Shown piece after piece: positions 21,876 through 31,708 of a stretch of DNA of 64,000 bases. The translations under genes were made by a program, and so were the position numbers. Source of the stretch: Thermomonas sp. (GTDB lineage Bacteria > Pseudomonadota > Gammaproteobacteria > Xanthomonadales > Xanthomonadaceae). Numbering within the stretch: the first letter of the stretch is position 1; each line of letters begins with the position of its first letter. A model generated the notes under the pieces. The model ran no database searches. It had not been told where the DNA came from and saw only the letters and a list, made by a program, of their open reading frames with translations. The stretch covers positions 2,406-66,405 of the forward strand of contig JBGAHT010000007.1 of NCBI GenBank assembly GCA_044226035.1, read 5' to 3'.

Positions 21876-22613
21876 TCATCCCTGCGGTTGCAGGGTGCAA
21901 TCCGGCCCGAAGTGCAATGACCAGCGCGTGTCGCGCACGCTGAAATCGTAGCCGTCGGCGTCATAGTCGATGCTGGCGACGGCGTTTTCCGGCACCCCTT
22001 GCGCGATTGCCTGTCGCCACAACCGCTGCAACGGACACGCTGGCGGCACGACGCCGGCCTCGACCCGCGCGCCGGTGGGATCGTCTTCGCGCTTCTCCAT
22101 GCCGCGGGCGACGTAGTTCCTTTCCGTGATCGAGTTGCCGCTGACCTTGCGCTGATAGCGCATGACCCCGGGTTTGCCCAAGTCGACGACGATGAGCTGG
22201 CGCCAGCGGCCATCCGCGGGCGCGCCCGCACCCAGCGGCGGCGCATTCGCAGGTGCCGGCACTTCGCGCACGAACTCGTAGCGGGCGTTCGGCGAAGGCC
22301 GGTAGTCGACGGTCAGATCGAGGAGCCCGTCGCTGCGGACCTGGCTTGCCCGCATTCGCAGCAGCACGACGCCAGTACCGGCATAGGTGGCCACGTCGGG
22401 GAAGCGCGCGACCGGATCGAACGCGCGCGGATCACCGGGAGGATCGACGGTGCCGCCATCGCCCATCAGCAGTTTGCCGACGCGACCGAAGCCGCCGATG
22501 CCGAACATCGCGGCCAGTCCCAGCAGCAAGCCCAGCACGCCGATCAGGCCGATGCCCGCGAATAGCAGCCATGCCCAGGTCGGAAAGCGCTGGCGCGAAT
22601 CGGCATTGCGCAC
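21876..22613 (-). CDS. Hypothetical membrane-anchored protein (245 aa)
   Basis: N-terminal TM helix WAWLLFAGIGLIGVLGLLLGLAAMF. No recognised domain. Confidence 0.5.
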   Translation of the reverse strand: MRNADSRQRFPTWAWLLFAGIGLIGVLGLLLGLAAMFGIGGFGRVGKLLMGDGGTVDPPGDPRAFDPVARFPDVATYAGTGVVLLRMRASQVRSDGLLDLTVDYRPSPNARYEFVREVPAPANAPPLGAGAPADGRWRQLIVVDLGKPGVMRYQRKVSGNSITERNYVARGMEKREDDPTGARVEAGVVPPACPLQRLWRQAIAQGVPENAVASIDYDADGYDFSVRDTRWSLHFGPDCTLQPQG

Positions 22614-22622
22614 GGGCAGTGC

Positions 22623-23144
22623 CTATTGCTTCGGCATCGCCAACTGGTAGCCGACCTGCACGCCGCCCTGCTCCTTGTCATCGGCGATGGTGAGCGTGGC
22701 GTGGCGTTCGCCCTTCTCCCACATCACGATGTGCGCCTGCCCGGATTGCGCCAGCACCATGGACTGCTTCCAGCCCTGCGCCTGCATGCCCCGGTCGGCC
22801 TCGGACGCGACCGAGGCCACGCTGCCGCCGCTGGCGAGCACGTGGGTGACGATGGCGCCGGGCATTTCCAGCGCGCTTTCGACCTTGTAGTCCGACGGCA
22901 GGAACACATCCTTGGGGAAGCCGGCCGGCAGGCTTGCGTCGCCGCCGGCGCTGACGGTCATGGTCTGCGTGCCGTCCTTGCTGGTGAGGGTGGTGGTCTC
23001 GCCGTTCTGGCTGACGTTGGCCTTGCCGCCGGTCGCGGCGGCGATGGCGGCTTCGGCCGCGGATTCCCCGGCGCGCTTGCAGCCGGTGGCGGACAGCGTC
23101 GCGGCCGCGGCGAGCGCGACCAAGGCGAGGTGGCGAATGCGCAT
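22623..23144 (-). CDS. Hypothetical lipoprotein (173 aa)
   Basis: MRIRHLALVALAAAATLSATGCKRAG contains a lipobox (LSATGC). Confidence 0.55.
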   Translation of the reverse strand: MRIRHLALVALAAAATLSATGCKRAGESAAEAAIAAATGGKANVSQNGETTTLTSKDGTQTMTVSAGGDASLPAGFPKDVFLPSDYKVESALEMPGAIVTHVLASGGSVASVASEADRGMQAQGWKQSMVLAQSGQAHIVMWEKGERHATLTIADDKEQGGVQVGYQLAMPKQ

Positions 23145-23200
23145 CGGGATGTCCCGCGAAACCGGCGATTCCGGCACCGGGGAAAACGGCCTGGGCCGCG

Positions 23201-23995
23201 TCAACCGGCCAGCGCGCGCAACATGCCCTTCAGCCGCCGGCCTTCGGCGTGGAAGTAGTCGCGTTCCGCGCGCCAGTCCGGGAAGCGCGCTTCCACCTCG
23301 CGCCAGAACCGGCGCGAATGGTCGGCGTGCAGCAGGTGGCACAACTCGTGCACCAGCACGTATTCGAACGCCGACGGCCGCGCCAGCACCAGCGCCAGGT
23401 CCAGCATCAGGGTGGCGTCGGGCGCGAGCGAACCCCATTGCGAGCTGGTGCGCTTGAACACGATCCGTCGCGGCGCGCGCGGCAGGCCGGCGAGGTAAGC
23501 CGGCAGCCAGCGGCCGACGTCGGCGCGGCCCTGCGCCTCGTAGAAGTCGCGCAGCGCGCGCTGCAACGCGGCATCGCCGGCGGACGCGGGCGCGCGGAAC
23601 AGCAATCCGCCGTCGCCGTCGAGCTCCAGGCGCGACGCGCGCGCGGATTCCCAGCGCAGCGGCAGCCTGTCCCCGCGCAGCGGAAGTTCGGTCGTGGCCC
23701 CGCGCCGCAGCGGTTCGATGCCGGCATGCGCCTGCGCCGCGAACTGCGCGGTCAGCCACTCGCGGTGTTCGAACAGGAAGCGTTCGCCGGCGACGAGGCT
23801 GGCGCGCAACGGCAGGCTCAGGCGCGCGCCGCGTTCGTCCACCGACAGCTTGATGCGGCGCGCGCGCGGATCGCGCACGCGCAACACGTCGATGCGGCGG
23901 CCGTCGGCGAGCACGAAGCCGATGCTGTCGCGCTGCACCGCGGCCGGCTTCGGCTCGGCGCGCGCGGTCGTCAGCAGGCGGAACAGGGAGCGCAT
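23201..23995 (-). CDS. M48-family zinc metallopeptidase (YgjP/DUF45-like, HExxH)
   Basis: C-terminal VLVHELCHLLHADHSRRFWREV is a HExxH motif. Confidence 0.7.
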   Translation of the reverse strand: MRSLFRLLTTARAEPKPAAVQRDSIGFVLADGRRIDVLRVRDPRARRIKLSVDERGARLSLPLRASLVAGERFLFEHREWLTAQFAAQAHAGIEPLRRGATTELPLRGDRLPLRWESARASRLELDGDGGLLFRAPASAGDAALQRALRDFYEAQGRADVGRWLPAYLAGLPRAPRRIVFKRTSSQWGSLAPDATLMLDLALVLARPSAFEYVLVHELCHLLHADHSRRFWREVEARFPDWRAERDYFHAEGRRLKGMLRALAG

Positions 23996-24004
23996 GCGTG
24001 GATC

Positions 24005-24117
24005 TTAGATCATGTCATTCCGAGCGAAGCGAGGTCGCATCTGACAGCCGAATGGCTGTCCAACCTGCTTGGTCGATGGAACGAAAAGCGGGTCCTTCGC
24101 TGCGCTCAGGATGACAA
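24005..24117. repeat. REP-like inverted-repeat element (gtcattccgagcgaagcgag ... ccttcgctgcgctcaggatgac)
   Basis: Imperfect palindrome lying between the M48 peptidase and rdgC. Confidence 0.55.
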
Positions 24118-25023
24118 TCAGGTGTCCGCCTTGCTCAGCCGGAACGCCGATTCCAGCACCGCGAACAGGCGCCGGAACTCGCCGGCCATCAGCGCGAAGC
24201 GCGCGTCGAGCTCGGCGGCGACGTCCTCGCGCTCGCCCGATTCGAGCTGGTCGACCGCGCCGTCGAGCAGCTTGAACTTGCGCACGACCAGGTCCTCGCC
24301 GAGGACGAAGCTGACGTGGTCGTCCAGCACCAGCGCCAGCCGCGCGACCTGCTTGCCGGCCTCGAGGTGCTTGCCGATTTCCTCGCCTTGCAGTTCCATC
24401 CGTTGCACCTTCACCACCGCGCCGCTGTCGGTGGGGTCGCGCAGTTCGCATTCGTCGCCCAGCGACAAGCCTTCCGGCAACGGATCGCCGGCGATCCAGC
24501 CGGTGAGGATGGCGCGCGGCGCGACTTCCGCGTTCACCGGCAGCGCCGGGAAGCTGCCGAGCGCGTGCCGCACTTCGGACACGACCGCTTCGGCGTTCTT
24601 GCGCGAGGACGTGTCGACCGCGATCACGCCGAGTTTCGTGTCGACCAGCGCGTCGGTGCGCACCGGGCGCACGAAGGCGCGCGGCAGCAGTTCCGCGACC
24701 AGGTCTTCCTTCAGCCGCTTGCGCGCGCGCCCGCCGGGCTTGCGGCCTTCCTTCTCCTCCAGCGCCGCGAGCTTCTTCTGCAGCAGGTCGTTGACCACCG
24801 CCGACGGCAGCAGTTTGTCCTCGCCGCCCACGGTCAGCCATAGGGCCTCGCCGACGCCGTGCACGAGCGCTTCGCCGTGCGGGCCGAACGGCGGCACGAA
24901 GCCGCGCGAGGACAGTTCCATCGGGCCGACCGGTTTCAACGCGCATTCGGCCAGCGGCGTTTCGAGGTCGGACAGGTCGAGCGAGGTGGGGAAGCGGAAC
25001 AGCGTCAGATTGCGAAAAAACAT
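24118..25023 (-). CDS. rdgC: Recombination-associated protein RdgC
   Basis: MFFRNLTLFRF...SRGFVPPFGPHGEALVH...EDLVVRKFKLLD matches RdgC along its whole length. The ORF is trimmed to the internal Met. Confidence 0.85.
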   Translation of the reverse strand: MFFRNLTLFRFPTSLDLSDLETPLAECALKPVGPMELSSRGFVPPFGPHGEALVHGVGEALWLTVGGEDKLLPSAVVNDLLQKKLAALEEKEGRKPGGRARKRLKEDLVAELLPRAFVRPVRTDALVDTKLGVIAVDTSSRKNAEAVVSEVRHALGSFPALPVNAEVAPRAILTGWIAGDPLPEGLSLGDECELRDPTDSGAVVKVQRMELQGEEIGKHLEAGKQVARLALVLDDHVSFVLGEDLVVRKFKLLDGAVDQLESGEREDVAAELDARFALMAGEFRRLFAVLESAFRLSKADT

Positions 25024-25034
25024 CGAGGGTCCTG

Positions 25035-25150
25035 TTTTTTGCTTGTCATTCCCGCGAAAGCGGGAATCCAGTGTCTTTCGTGAAGGTTGCGGTGAATTTT
25101 CCAGAGAGCAAAGACGCTGGATGCCCGCCTGCGCGGGCATGACGGCAGGG
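25035..25150. repeat. REP-like hairpin elements (gtcattcccgcgaaagcgggaatcc; gatgcccgcctgcgcgggcatgac)
   Basis: Two perfect hairpins in the rdgC-ttcA intergenic region. Confidence 0.55.
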
Positions 25151-25153
25151 GGA

Positions 25154-26053
25154 TCAAGCGTCGTCAGTGTCGTCTTGTTGCGTCTCGCCGCCTGCGAGCC
25201 ACGCATGCGCATCGGGCAACGCATCATCGCCGTGCCGGCCGAGCGCGAGGAAATCGAACAGCTTCGGATCGCTCAGTTGCGAGGGACGGATGTCGCCCAG
25301 CGCGTGCGCCATGGTCTCGACCCGCCCCGGCGATTCGCGTTCCCACTGTTCCAGCATCTTCTTCACCTGCTTGCGCTGCAGGTTGTCCTGCGATCCGCAC
25401 AGGTTGCAGGGAATGATCGGGAACCGCTTCGCCTCCGCGTAGGCCTCGATGTCCGCCTCGCGCACGTAGGCCAGCGGGCGGATGACGACATGCTTGCCGT
25501 CGTCGCTGAGCAGCTTGGGCGGCATACCGCTCAACTTCGCGTGGAAGAACAGGTTGAGGAAGAACGTGTTCACCAGGTCGTCGCGGTGATGGCCGAGCGC
25601 GATCTTGGTGAAGCCGTTTTGCCCGGCGTAGGTGTACAGCGCGCCGCGGCGCAGGCGCGAGCACAGCGAGCACAGGGTCTTGCCTTCGGGGACGACGCGC
25701 GTCACCACCGAATAGGTGTCCTGCTCGATGATGTGGAAATCCACGCCGATCGAGCGCAGGTACTCCGGCAGCACGTGTTCCGGGAAGCCGGGCTGCTTCT
25801 GGTCGAGGTTGACCGCGGTGATGGCGAATTCGACCGGCGCCTTCTTCTGCAATTGCAGGAGGACGTCGAGCATGGCGTAGCTGTCCTTGCCGCCGGACAG
25901 GCAGACCATCACCTTGTCGCCGTCCTCGATCATGCCGAAATCGGCGATGGCGCGGCCGACCTGGTGGCGCAGGCGCTTGGCCAGCTTGTCGGCCTCGCGC
26001 TTGCGCTTGAGCGCCAGCGGCTGGGGTTCGGCGAGGGGCAGGGCGGCGTTCAT
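25154..26053 (-). CDS. ttcA: tRNA 2-thiocytidine(32) synthetase TtcA
   Basis: [14 protein letters not shown] (PP-loop) ...[10 protein letters not shown]...CNLCGSQ. Confidence 0.9.
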   Translation of the reverse strand: MNAALPLAEPQPLALKRKREADKLAKRLRHQVGRAIADFGMIEDGDKVMVCLSGGKDSYAMLDVLLQLQKKAPVEFAITAVNLDQKQPGFPEHVLPEYLRSIGVDFHIIEQDTYSVVTRVVPEGKTLCSLCSRLRRGALYTYAGQNGFTKIALGHHRDDLVNTFFLNLFFHAKLSGMPPKLLSDDGKHVVIRPLAYVREADIEAYAEAKRFPIIPCNLCGSQDNLQRKQVKKMLEQWERESPGRVETMAHALGDIRPSQLSDPKLFDFLALGRHGDDALPDAHAWLAGGETQQDDTDDA

Positions 26054-26070
26054 CGGCCGGGCATTTTAAC

Positions 26071-26310
26071 CGGAGCCTGTGGGAGCGACTTTAGTCGCGA
26101 CTGCTCTTGGTGATGATCCAGCGAAAGGCAGAAGCATTCGCGGCCAAGGCCGCTCCCACGGGACCGCTGCCGCATGGCCGTTCCCACGAACCGGAGCCTG
26201 TGGGAGCGACTTTAGTCGCGACTGCTCTTGGTGATGATCCAGCGAAAAGCGGAAGCATTCGCGGCCAAGGCCGCTCCCACGGGACCGCTGCCGCATGGCC
26301 ATTCCCACGA
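26071..26310. repeat. Tandem duplication (2 x 120 bp, ~97% identity) of a REP doublet (tgtgggagcgactttagtcgcgac ... gcggccaaggccgctcccacgg)
   Basis: Unit 1 is 26071-26190 and unit 2 is 26191-26310. Each unit holds two inverted tgtgggagcg-type REPs, a BIME-like arrangement. Confidence 0.75.
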
Positions 26311-26349
26311 AGCGGCTTCCGTCGACCTTCGCCGCGTTATGCTCGGCGC

Positions 26350-26568
26350 ATGAGCCGCATCGACGATCCCGCCGACCTCGCCCGCCTGTCCCACCGCCTG
26401 GTGGAACTGCGGGAGGCGCATCGCGACCTCGATGCCGCGATCACGCGGCTGCAGGGCGATGCCAACGCGGACGAACTGGCGGTGCGGCGGCTGAAGAAGC
26501 GCAAGCTCCAGCTCAAGGACCAGATCGCCCAGCTCGAGGCGCAACTGGTGCCGGACGAGCCGGCGTGA
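26350..26568 (+). CDS. DUF465 (YdcH-like) small coiled-coil protein
   Basis: MSRIDDPADLARLSHRLVELREAHRDLDAAITRLQ...LKKRKLQLKDQIAQLEAQL. Confidence 0.7.
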   Translation: MSRIDDPADLARLSHRLVELREAHRDLDAAITRLQGDANADELAVRRLKKRKLQLKDQIAQLEAQLVPDEPA

Positions 26569-26572
26569 GGGT

Positions 26573-27751
26573 TCACTCCGGCCGGCGATAGCCGCCTCGC
26601 ACGCCGTCCTTCGACAGCACCCATTGCCACAGTTGCAGGTCGCGCGCGCGGAACGCGCCGGCGCAGCTGAGCAGGTAGTAGCGCCACTGCCGGCGGAACG
26701 GCTCGCCGTACTGCGCGGCGAAGCGCGGCCAGGCGGCTTCGAAGTTCGCGTCCCAGGCCATCAGCGTGCGGTCGTAGTCGGCGCCGAAGTTGTGCACGTC
26801 CTCGGCGACCAGCACGTCGTCGATGGCGTCGCCGATCTGGCCCATCGAGGGCAGGTCGCCGTTCGGGAACACGTACTTGTCGATCCACGGATCGATGGTC
26901 GTGTCGCGGCGGCGCTTGCCGATGGTGTGCAGCAGGGCGAGGCCGTCGTCGGCGAGGCAACGGCGCAGCACGCGCATGAACTCGCGGTGGTTGCGCCGGC
27001 CGACGTGTTCGAACATGCCGATGCTGACCACGCGCTCGACCGCGCCGCCGAGCGCGTCCGGCGACAGTTCGCGGTAATCCTGCAGGCGGAATTCGAGCGG
27101 GAACCCCGCGTAGCGTTGCTTCGCGTAGGCCGCCTGCCGCTCCGACACGGTGACGCCGATGCAACGCACGCCGTGGCGTTCGGCGGCATAACCCATGAAG
27201 CTGCCCCAGCCGCAGCCGATGTCGAGCACGCGCATGCCCGGTTCGAGCCGCAGCTTGCGGCACACCAGTTCGAGCTTGGCTTCCTGCGCCTGCGCCAGCG
27301 TCGCCGCCTCGCGCCAGTAGCCGCAGGAATAGGCCATGCGCGGGTCGAGCATGGCGGCGAAGAACTCGTTGCCGAGGTCGTAGTGCGCGCGGCCGACGTC
27401 CCAGGCATGGCGTCGGTTTTGCCGGTTCAGCAGCTTCGCGCGCAAGGCGTGCCAGGCCAGCCGCGGCGAATGCGCCGCGCGTTCGAGGTGCGCGCGCAGC
27501 AGGCGGTCGAAGAACTGGTCGAGCCGTTCGCAGTCCCAGGCGCCGGCGACGTAGCCTTCGCCCAGGCCGAGGTTGCCGCGCGCCAGCGCATCGTCCAGCA
27601 CCGCCGGGTCGTACAGGCGCATGTCGCCGGGAGCGGCGCCGTCGATGCCGATCCCGGCGCGCGCGAGCAGCTCCGCCACCTGCCGTTGCGAGGCGGTCAG
27701 CGTCGAGGCCGATGCGAGCGTGCGCGTGTCCATCGTCGGTCGCGGCCACAC
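26573..27751 (-). CDS. cfa: Cyclopropane-fatty-acyl-phospholipid synthase
   Basis: VLDIGCGWGSFMGYAAERHG (SAM-binding site) ...SIGMFEHVG...YYLLSCAGAFRARDLQLWQ. The start could be the Met at 27733 instead. Confidence 0.85.
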   Translation of the reverse strand: MWPRPTMDTRTLASASTLTASQRQVAELLARAGIGIDGAAPGDMRLYDPAVLDDALARGNLGLGEGYVAGAWDCERLDQFFDRLLRAHLERAAHSPRLAWHALRAKLLNRQNRRHAWDVGRAHYDLGNEFFAAMLDPRMAYSCGYWREAATLAQAQEAKLELVCRKLRLEPGMRVLDIGCGWGSFMGYAAERHGVRCIGVTVSERQAAYAKQRYAGFPLEFRLQDYRELSPDALGGAVERVVSIGMFEHVGRRNHREFMRVLRRCLADDGLALLHTIGKRRRDTTIDPWIDKYVFPNGDLPSMGQIGDAIDDVLVAEDVHNFGADYDRTLMAWDANFEAAWPRFAAQYGEPFRRQWRYYLLSCAGAFRARDLQLWQWVLSKDGVRGGYRRPE

Positions 27752-27790
27752 GCAACGCGCGGCCGCGGGCGCAGCCTGCCACCGCGGACG

Positions 27791-30517
27791 TTAAGGCGGC
27801 GCCTGCGCCGGGCCGGCGGCTTCCGGGCTGACCTTCTCGATGGTGTGGCGCAGCTCGCGGCCCAGCACCACCCGCGCGTCGCGCGCCCAGGCATCCAGGC
27901 GCGCGTCGAAGGCGAGCTTGCCGTTCTCGTCGGCCCACACCAGCTTCATCTCGCGCAGCTTCTGGATGAAGCCGCGGAACAGCGACTTGTCGAAGAACTC
28001 CGGCGCGGTGTCGGCGTAGAGCAGCGACAGCCGCTGCGCGGCGAGGTGGCACAGCGTCTCCAGCTCGCCCGCGCCGAGCGTGCCCGGGCCGTTCTTCACC
28101 AGCACCGAGATCGCGATGTAGTAGCGCTCGAACGCCTGCTGCAGCGCGTGGCCGATCGCGCGCAGGCGGAACACCTCGTCGGTCTGCCCGGCGTTGCGCG
28201 CGAGCGTGCCGCCGTCCTCCTCGCCGACCCCCGATCCGGTCGGGGGCAGGCTCTGCTGCAGCAGGCCCTCGCGCACGAACACCTCGATGGTGCGGTCGAT
28301 GCGCTCGGCGAAGCCGTCCTCGTCCCAGGGCAGGAACAGCTCCGCCTGCAGGAACGGGTACAGCGTGCGGCCCAGGCGCTGCAGTTGCGTGCGGCCCATG
28401 CGCCGGTTGTTCTGGAAGCACACCGCGATCCACGCCGCGGCGGTGAACAGGTGCAGCACGTTGTTGCGGAAGTAGCTGAGCAGCACCGCGGTGTCGTCGT
28501 CGACGCCGAGCACGTCGCCGAGCGGATGCGGCGTGCGCGCGAGCATGCCGATCTCCTCGCCGTGGGCGACGATCTGCTCGGGCGTGTGCGGGGTGACGGT
28601 GACGTATTCGGAATACGGCACCTCGCGCAGCAGGGTCTGCGACAGCGCGATCTGCGCCAGCAGGTCGGCCTCGCCCATCGCGTGCTTGGGCGTGGACAGC
28701 AACGCCATCGCCAGCAGGTTGACCGGGTTCACGTCGGCGGCGCGGTTGACGTTGACCTGGATGCGCTGGGCGAGGTCGTCGACGGTGTCCGCGAGCCACG
28801 CCGGCTTCTCGTCCTCGGGCACCGGCTTGCCGTCCCAGTCCGGCGCGTGCCGCGCGAGCACGTCGTTGAGCGGGATGCGCTCGCCGAAGTTCACCACGAC
28901 TTGCCCGAAATTCTGCCGCAGCACCTTCGGCACGCCCCACAGCAGCTGCCAGATCGATTCCTTCTCCTTGGGCTTGCCGGAAAGCTCGTCGCGGTAGCTG
29001 TTGCCTTCCATCAGCTTCTCGTAGCCGATGTACACCGGCTGGAACAGCACCGGGCGCGTGGGCTGGCGCAGGTAGCCGCGCAGCAGCATCGAGATCATCC
29101 CGCCCTTGGGCGGCAGCAGGCGGCCGGTGCGCGAGCGCCCGCCCTCGATGAAGCATTCGATGGAATAGCCGCCGGACACCAGCTGCGCGACGTATTCGCT
29201 CAATACCGCCGAATACAACGCGCTGCCGCGGATCGAGCGGCGGATGAAGAACGCGCCGCCGCGGCGCAGCAGGCTGCCGATCACCGGCAGGTTGAGGTTG
29301 ATGCCGGCGACGATGTGCGGCGGCACGATGCCCTTGGTGTAGAGCAGGTACGACACCAGCAGGTAGTCCATGTGGCTGCGGTGGCTGGGCACGTAGATGA
29401 TTTCGTGGCCCGGCGCCGCTTCCTTCAGCTCCTCGAGGTGGTGCACCAGCACGCCGCGGTAGATGCGGTTCCACACCGGCGTGAGCAGGGAACTGGCCGA
29501 GCGCACCACCGGGTGCGAATAGTCCGCGGCGATTTCCCAGATGTAGCGGTGCGCCTTCTTCCACGCGTCGAGCAGCGAGGACTTGTCGCGGCGCGCCTGT
29601 TCGGCGATGGCCTCCTTCACCGGATCCGAGGCCAGCACCGCGTCGGCGAGCAGCCGGCGCGTGGACAGGTCCGGGCCGATGATCGCGGCGCGGATGCGGT
29701 GGAAGTGCGCGCGCAGCACGCGCGAGAGCTTGCGCACGGTGCGTTCGGGATCGAGCCCTTCCCCGACGATGCCGCGCAGGTCCACCGGCGCGGCGAAGCG
29801 CACGGTGGTGTCGCGGCCGTTGAGCAGGATCGCGAGCAGGCGGCGGAAGCGCCCGACCAGCGCCCAGTTTTCCGAGAACAGCACGCTGAACCAGCCGCTG
29901 GCCTTGTCCGGCGCGCGGCCGACGAAGATCGACACCGGCACCAGCTGCACGTCCAGCGCCGGGTTCGCGCGGTGCGCCTCGATCAGCCGCGACAGCGATT
30001 CGGAACGGGTCTTGCCGTGGGTCGGCGACGGCTGTTCCTGCAGCGCCTGTGCGAACTGCTGCGCCGCGGCCTTGAGCGCGCTGCCGGCGCTGCGCCGCGA
30101 CAGCGCGACGTAGGCGCGCTTGCGCCCGAGCGGATCGCCCGGCAGCGGCCGCAGCGGCGAGGGCAGGCCGGCCTCGCGGCAGGTGCGGTCGAGGATCAGC
30201 GCGTTCGACAGGCCGTAGTCCTCGAGCACGTAGCAGACCGGGCGCGCGTCGATCAGTTCGCCCGGGTTGGCGGGCTCGACCTCGACCTTGATCCACGGCG
30301 CCATCAGCCAGCCGAGCAGGCCGGCCCACCACGGTCGGCGTGTATTCGGTTCGGGCGGCGGCGGTGCGGCCGACGGCGCGCGTTCGGCCGGCTCCTCCAT
30401 CGCTTCGCCCAGGGTCATCTGCGGATCCGGGTCGAAGCGCTGCTCGGGCGCCCCGGGCGATCCGGGCGCTTCGAACAGCGAGGGTTGGGAAGGTGGAATC
30501 TTCGGCATCGCCGGCAT
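27791..30517 (-). CDS. plsB: Glycerol-3-phosphate 1-O-acyltransferase PlsB
   Basis: 908 aa with the HRSHMDY motif (VPSHRSHMDYLLVSYLL). Confidence 0.9.
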   Translation of the reverse strand: MPAMPKIPPSQPSLFEAPGSPGAPEQRFDPDPQMTLGEAMEEPAERAPSAAPPPPEPNTRRPWWAGLLGWLMAPWIKVEVEPANPGELIDARPVCYVLEDYGLSNALILDRTCREAGLPSPLRPLPGDPLGRKRAYVALSRRSAGSALKAAAQQFAQALQEQPSPTHGKTRSESLSRLIEAHRANPALDVQLVPVSIFVGRAPDKASGWFSVLFSENWALVGRFRRLLAILLNGRDTTVRFAAPVDLRGIVGEGLDPERTVRKLSRVLRAHFHRIRAAIIGPDLSTRRLLADAVLASDPVKEAIAEQARRDKSSLLDAWKKAHRYIWEIAADYSHPVVRSASSLLTPVWNRIYRGVLVHHLEELKEAAPGHEIIYVPSHRSHMDYLLVSYLLYTKGIVPPHIVAGINLNLPVIGSLLRRGGAFFIRRSIRGSALYSAVLSEYVAQLVSGGYSIECFIEGGRSRTGRLLPPKGGMISMLLRGYLRQPTRPVLFQPVYIGYEKLMEGNSYRDELSGKPKEKESIWQLLWGVPKVLRQNFGQVVVNFGERIPLNDVLARHAPDWDGKPVPEDEKPAWLADTVDDLAQRIQVNVNRAADVNPVNLLAMALLSTPKHAMGEADLLAQIALSQTLLREVPYSEYVTVTPHTPEQIVAHGEEIGMLARTPHPLGDVLGVDDDTAVLLSYFRNNVLHLFTAAAWIAVCFQNNRRMGRTQLQRLGRTLYPFLQAELFLPWDEDGFAERIDRTIEVFVREGLLQQSLPPTGSGVGEEDGGTLARNAGQTDEVFRLRAIGHALQQAFERYYIAISVLVKNGPGTLGAGELETLCHLAAQRLSLLYADTAPEFFDKSLFRGFIQKLREMKLVWADENGKLAFDARLDAWARDARVVLGRELRHTIEKVSPEAAGPAQAPP

Positions 30518-30544
30518 TATGCCCGTGGGGCCCTGGGCGACGGC

Positions 30545-31429
30545 CTAGGGCGCCGGCGCCGCGGGCGCGACCGCGGCTTCGGCATGGCGCAGGAAATCGG
30601 CGAGATACCAGCGCCCGGCGCGGCGTTCGACGCCGATGGTCGCATCGATGTCGCGGCCGCCGAAGCGGTACCGGATCCGCACCCGGGCGTGGTCGCCGTC
30701 GCGTTCGACCTCGCTCGCGCGCATCCCGGCCAGGGTCGCGTCCAGGTCCAGTCCGTAGCCGGCCAGGACGTCCTTCAGCACGCGCTCGAACCCCGAGAGC
30801 CGGCGCAGGCCGTCGTCGATGCCGAACCGGGCGAAATCGGCTTCGGAACGCAGGCCGGTGGCGCGGGCGGCGGTGGCCAGGCGCGCGATCGCGGCGTGGG
30901 CGCGCTTCGGGTCCGACAGCGGCGCGGCCGCGGCCCAGCGGCTGGCGGCGGCGACCAGCTGCCGGTAGTGGGCGCGTTCGTCGGCGCTGAAGTCGCCCTC
31001 GTTGGCCACGTACTTGTCGCCGAACAGGCCCAGCGCCAGCGCCGCCGAGCGCAGTTCGCCGCCGGCCCCGGCGAGCTGGCGGTCGTAGTCGCGGCCGAGC
31101 TTCGCCTCGGAACCGGGGGTGGCCAGGGCGCCGAGCATCGCCGGCACCTTCGCGCCCAGCGGCAGTTCGTCCAGCGGCCAGCGGGTGCGCCCGGCCCGCC
31201 ATGCGGCGTCCAGCTGCGTGTGCAGCGCCGGCGGCACCGCGTCGCGGGCGAAGCCGGCGAGGTCGTTGTCGCGCAGGTCGCGGGTGGGCAGCAGCACCGC
31301 CTCGGCCGGCGTGGCCGCGCCGCTGGGTCCACGCGCGGGCGCGACCGTGCCCGCGCCGGTGCCCTGGCCGCAGCCGGCGAGCAGCAGCAGGCACGCGATC
31401 GCGAGCGATGTCCAGTTGCGCGTCCGCAT
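30545..31429 (-). CDS. Hypothetical lipoprotein (~295 aa)
   Basis: MRTRNWTSLAIACLLLLAGCGQG contains a lipobox (LLAGC). Confidence 0.55.
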   Translation of the reverse strand: MRTRNWTSLAIACLLLLAGCGQGTGAGTVAPARGPSGAATPAEAVLLPTRDLRDNDLAGFARDAVPPALHTQLDAAWRAGRTRWPLDELPLGAKVPAMLGALATPGSEAKLGRDYDRQLAGAGGELRSAALALGLFGDKYVANEGDFSADERAHYRQLVAAASRWAAAAPLSDPKRAHAAIARLATAARATGLRSEADFARFGIDDGLRRLSGFERVLKDVLAGYGLDLDATLAGMRASEVERDGDHARVRIRYRFGGRDIDATIGVERRAGRWYLADFLRHAEAAVAPAAPAP

Positions 31430-31454
31430 CGTTCCCCTCCCTGCGGCCAACGAT

Positions 31455-31540
31455 AGGCGATTCTTGCTGCCCGCCGTTCCCCTCTCCCGGCGCTACGCGC
31501 CACCCTCTCCCGCAAAGGGGAGAGGGAAAGTGCTTGTCGC
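31455..31540. repeat. REP-like elements (cccctctcccggcg...ccctctcccgcaaaggggagaggg)
   Basis: Same ctctccc/gggagag palindrome family as at 10.96-11.08 kb. Confidence 0.55.
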
Positions 31541-31708
31541 AAAAGAAAACGGGAGACCGAGTCTCCCGTGAAATCCGGCTCTCGCCGGAGGACGTTGCGG
31601 TTGTGGCATGGCTCCGGCCGAGGCCGGACGCATTCAGGCTAGCGCAGCCGGGAAGTTTAGGCAATACCTCAACTTATGCGATGCAAGTATTTGATTTCAA
31701 TATGAATA

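Noticed and set aside
26071-26310. CRISPR array
   Set aside because: There are only two 120-bp units and no unique spacers, and the repeat body is a REP doublet.
26337-31664. 1775-aa minus-strand and 1610-aa plus-strand ORFs spanning cfa and plsB
   Set aside because: These are alternative-frame or antisense read-throughs of real genes in ~70% GC DNA. The real genes, cfa and plsB, are recognisable in other frames.
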